Shown piece by piece: positions 62,569 to 64,000 of a stretch of DNA of 64,000 nt. Within the stretch, counting starts at the first letter, position 1, and each line of letters opens with the position of its first letter. The notes under the pieces were generated by a model. It saw only the letters and a program-made list of their open reading frames with translations, was not told the origin of the DNA and ran no database searches. The position numbers were made by a program, and so were the translations under genes. This DNA comes from Azolla caroliniana (Eukaryota; Plantae; Polypodiophyta): positions 19,840,001 to 19,904,000 of the forward strand of contig JBHGNT010000001.1 in the NCBI GenBank assembly GCA_043228905.1. The letters are read 5' to 3'.

Positions 62569-63191
62569 GTTCACCAAGATGTCGAGGTATTCCTCGCGGA
62601 TGCGTGGAATGAGGTGGAACCTCGGGGGTCCTGTACCAAAGAGCAAGAGAGGAGGGGAAGAATCCCTCTACGTGCGAGCGTAGATCCACAGGGACACGGC
62701 CCTTCGACGCAAAGACGCAAGTGGGACAGTGACACAGAAAGACACGAATGTATGTATGTATTGACAAGACAAACAACAAGAACACGAAGACAACAAAACA
62801 CGAAGTCGGTTACAACCGAACAGGCCGGCGAACAGATGTCGATACCTGCTCGTAAATGCACAGAGAGGAAGTAGTAGGTTGGAGGTGCTGCCGGAAGCGC
62901 GAGCCTCCCGAAACCTGCACAGAAGGAAGCTATGGCGTTTGCAACCAGAAAGAGAGAGAGAGAAGCCTTCGCACGCAAACCGACAGCACTTCGTCCTCGA
63001 CTCTCCGCGATCCTCCGCCCCTCCTCGTCTCCCTCCTTTTATAGGCAAGGAAGGAGCCGTTTCCCCTTTACTCCCTACCTACCGAATCTACCTAGGATCT
63101 CCTATGTACAACTTAAGGCGCACGTGCATGAAGAGTCGGTTTCTACGCTCCGGTGCACCGATTCCGCTCGTGGACGGTTTTCTTCACGACA

Positions 63192-64000
63192 ACGTTGTCA
63201 TAGGTTGCTCAGCTCCTGTCGGAGTTGAAGCTTTCTAGCTGTAGTGCTTGCAGCGAAAATCTTCTTTGATTTCCCCAAGAATCTTTCGGCTTTTTTGCAT
63301 CCCGAATGTAGCTTAGGAGTTGTTCGGCCCACAAAAGACACGAAGCAGTACAGTACTCTGCTTGCCGACTATTCCCATGCCGGGAAATCTTTGTGTGTCG
63401 ATTCGGGTGATGTGTCATTTGCTCCGTCGACATAGCTCCAGTAACTGTGCCCGAGCAGGTACTGGTGCATCTTGTAGGACCAAAACGCATAGTTGTTTCT
63501 GTCGAGCTTCTCGGTAGGAAGCGAGTTGGCCATCCCTCTATCCATTTTGTTCTTTTTTTTTTCTTCTTAGTTAGTTTTCTTTTCAAGCTATGTTGGTTGC
63601 AGAGGTTCTCAACCCTCGAGCTCTGATACCATGTGAAAGATTATGTGCGGAAGCAATAGAAAACCGAACACAAAAAACAGGCAGGTTTAATGGAGAGCTT
63701 GAATATACACAGTACATGGGAGAGACAGAGAGAACACACAAAACTCTATTCCAAAACAATACTCTAAAATGATGTACATAGGATGTGCTCAGAGAGCACT
63801 TTTATACAAGTCTATACGGACTGATAGAAGTACTGACACGTATTTCAATGCTCATAATTGAGCTCTACACTAACTCCCAAAATATATTCCTACGCGGAAT
63901 ATCTTTCTAACGGCCTCGCGGTTTACGCACCGGTCCGGCCTAACCGATCGGCCCCAACCGATCCGGTTCTCGACTTGCACAGACGATTCGGCCAATGTTG
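63192..64000 (-). mobile_element. Copia family A 5' end (gag N-terminus, PBS, 5' LTR running off the window)
   Basis: MANSLPTEKLDRNNYAFWSYKMHQYLLGH; PBS TGGTATCAGAGC 63620-63631; LTR from 63632. Confidence 0.92.

Larger units (their letters stand above)
47645..63191 (-). mobile_element. GC-rich Trp-family gypsy element G4 with two nested insertions
   Basis: LTRs 62580-63191 and 47645-48279; 4-bp TSD GCGT/ACGT; split PBS (62569-62576 and 61064-61079); gag 59592-61042; pol 48353-51824; PPT 48280-48295. Confidence 0.94.

Overview
Gene-free land-plant nuclear heterochromatin made almost entirely of nested LTR retrotransposons. The host is probably a fern or another lineage with heavy plastid RNA editing, judged from pre-edited codons in a plastid insertion. 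Ty1/copia content: a recurrent tRNA-iMet-primed family 'A' (one full-length degenerate copy at 12019-17566, several truncated copies and solo LTRs), a Tnt1/Tork-like copy and an AT-rich copy. Ty3/gypsy content falls into three groups. (i) A tRNA-Trp-primed family (19301-27051, 31198-39988, 47645-63191, 51971-59592), whose last copy has open gag-PR and pol ORFs joined by a conserved -1 frameshift/pseudoknot. (ii) A tRNA-Arg-primed family (32547-38560, 61080-62568) with an extra 3' coiled-coil ORF and an inverted tRNA-Arg PBS where the polypurine tract should be. (iii) A Tf1/Tcn1-like element (39989-46791) with a self-priming PBS, whose gag is split by a ~2.2 kb mosaic of at least 9 identifiable chloroplast fragments. 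Several LTRs carry an antisense tRNA-like (Pol III A/B box) module. No host protein-coding gene or CRISPR array was found. Lineage names are by motif recognition only; no searches were run.
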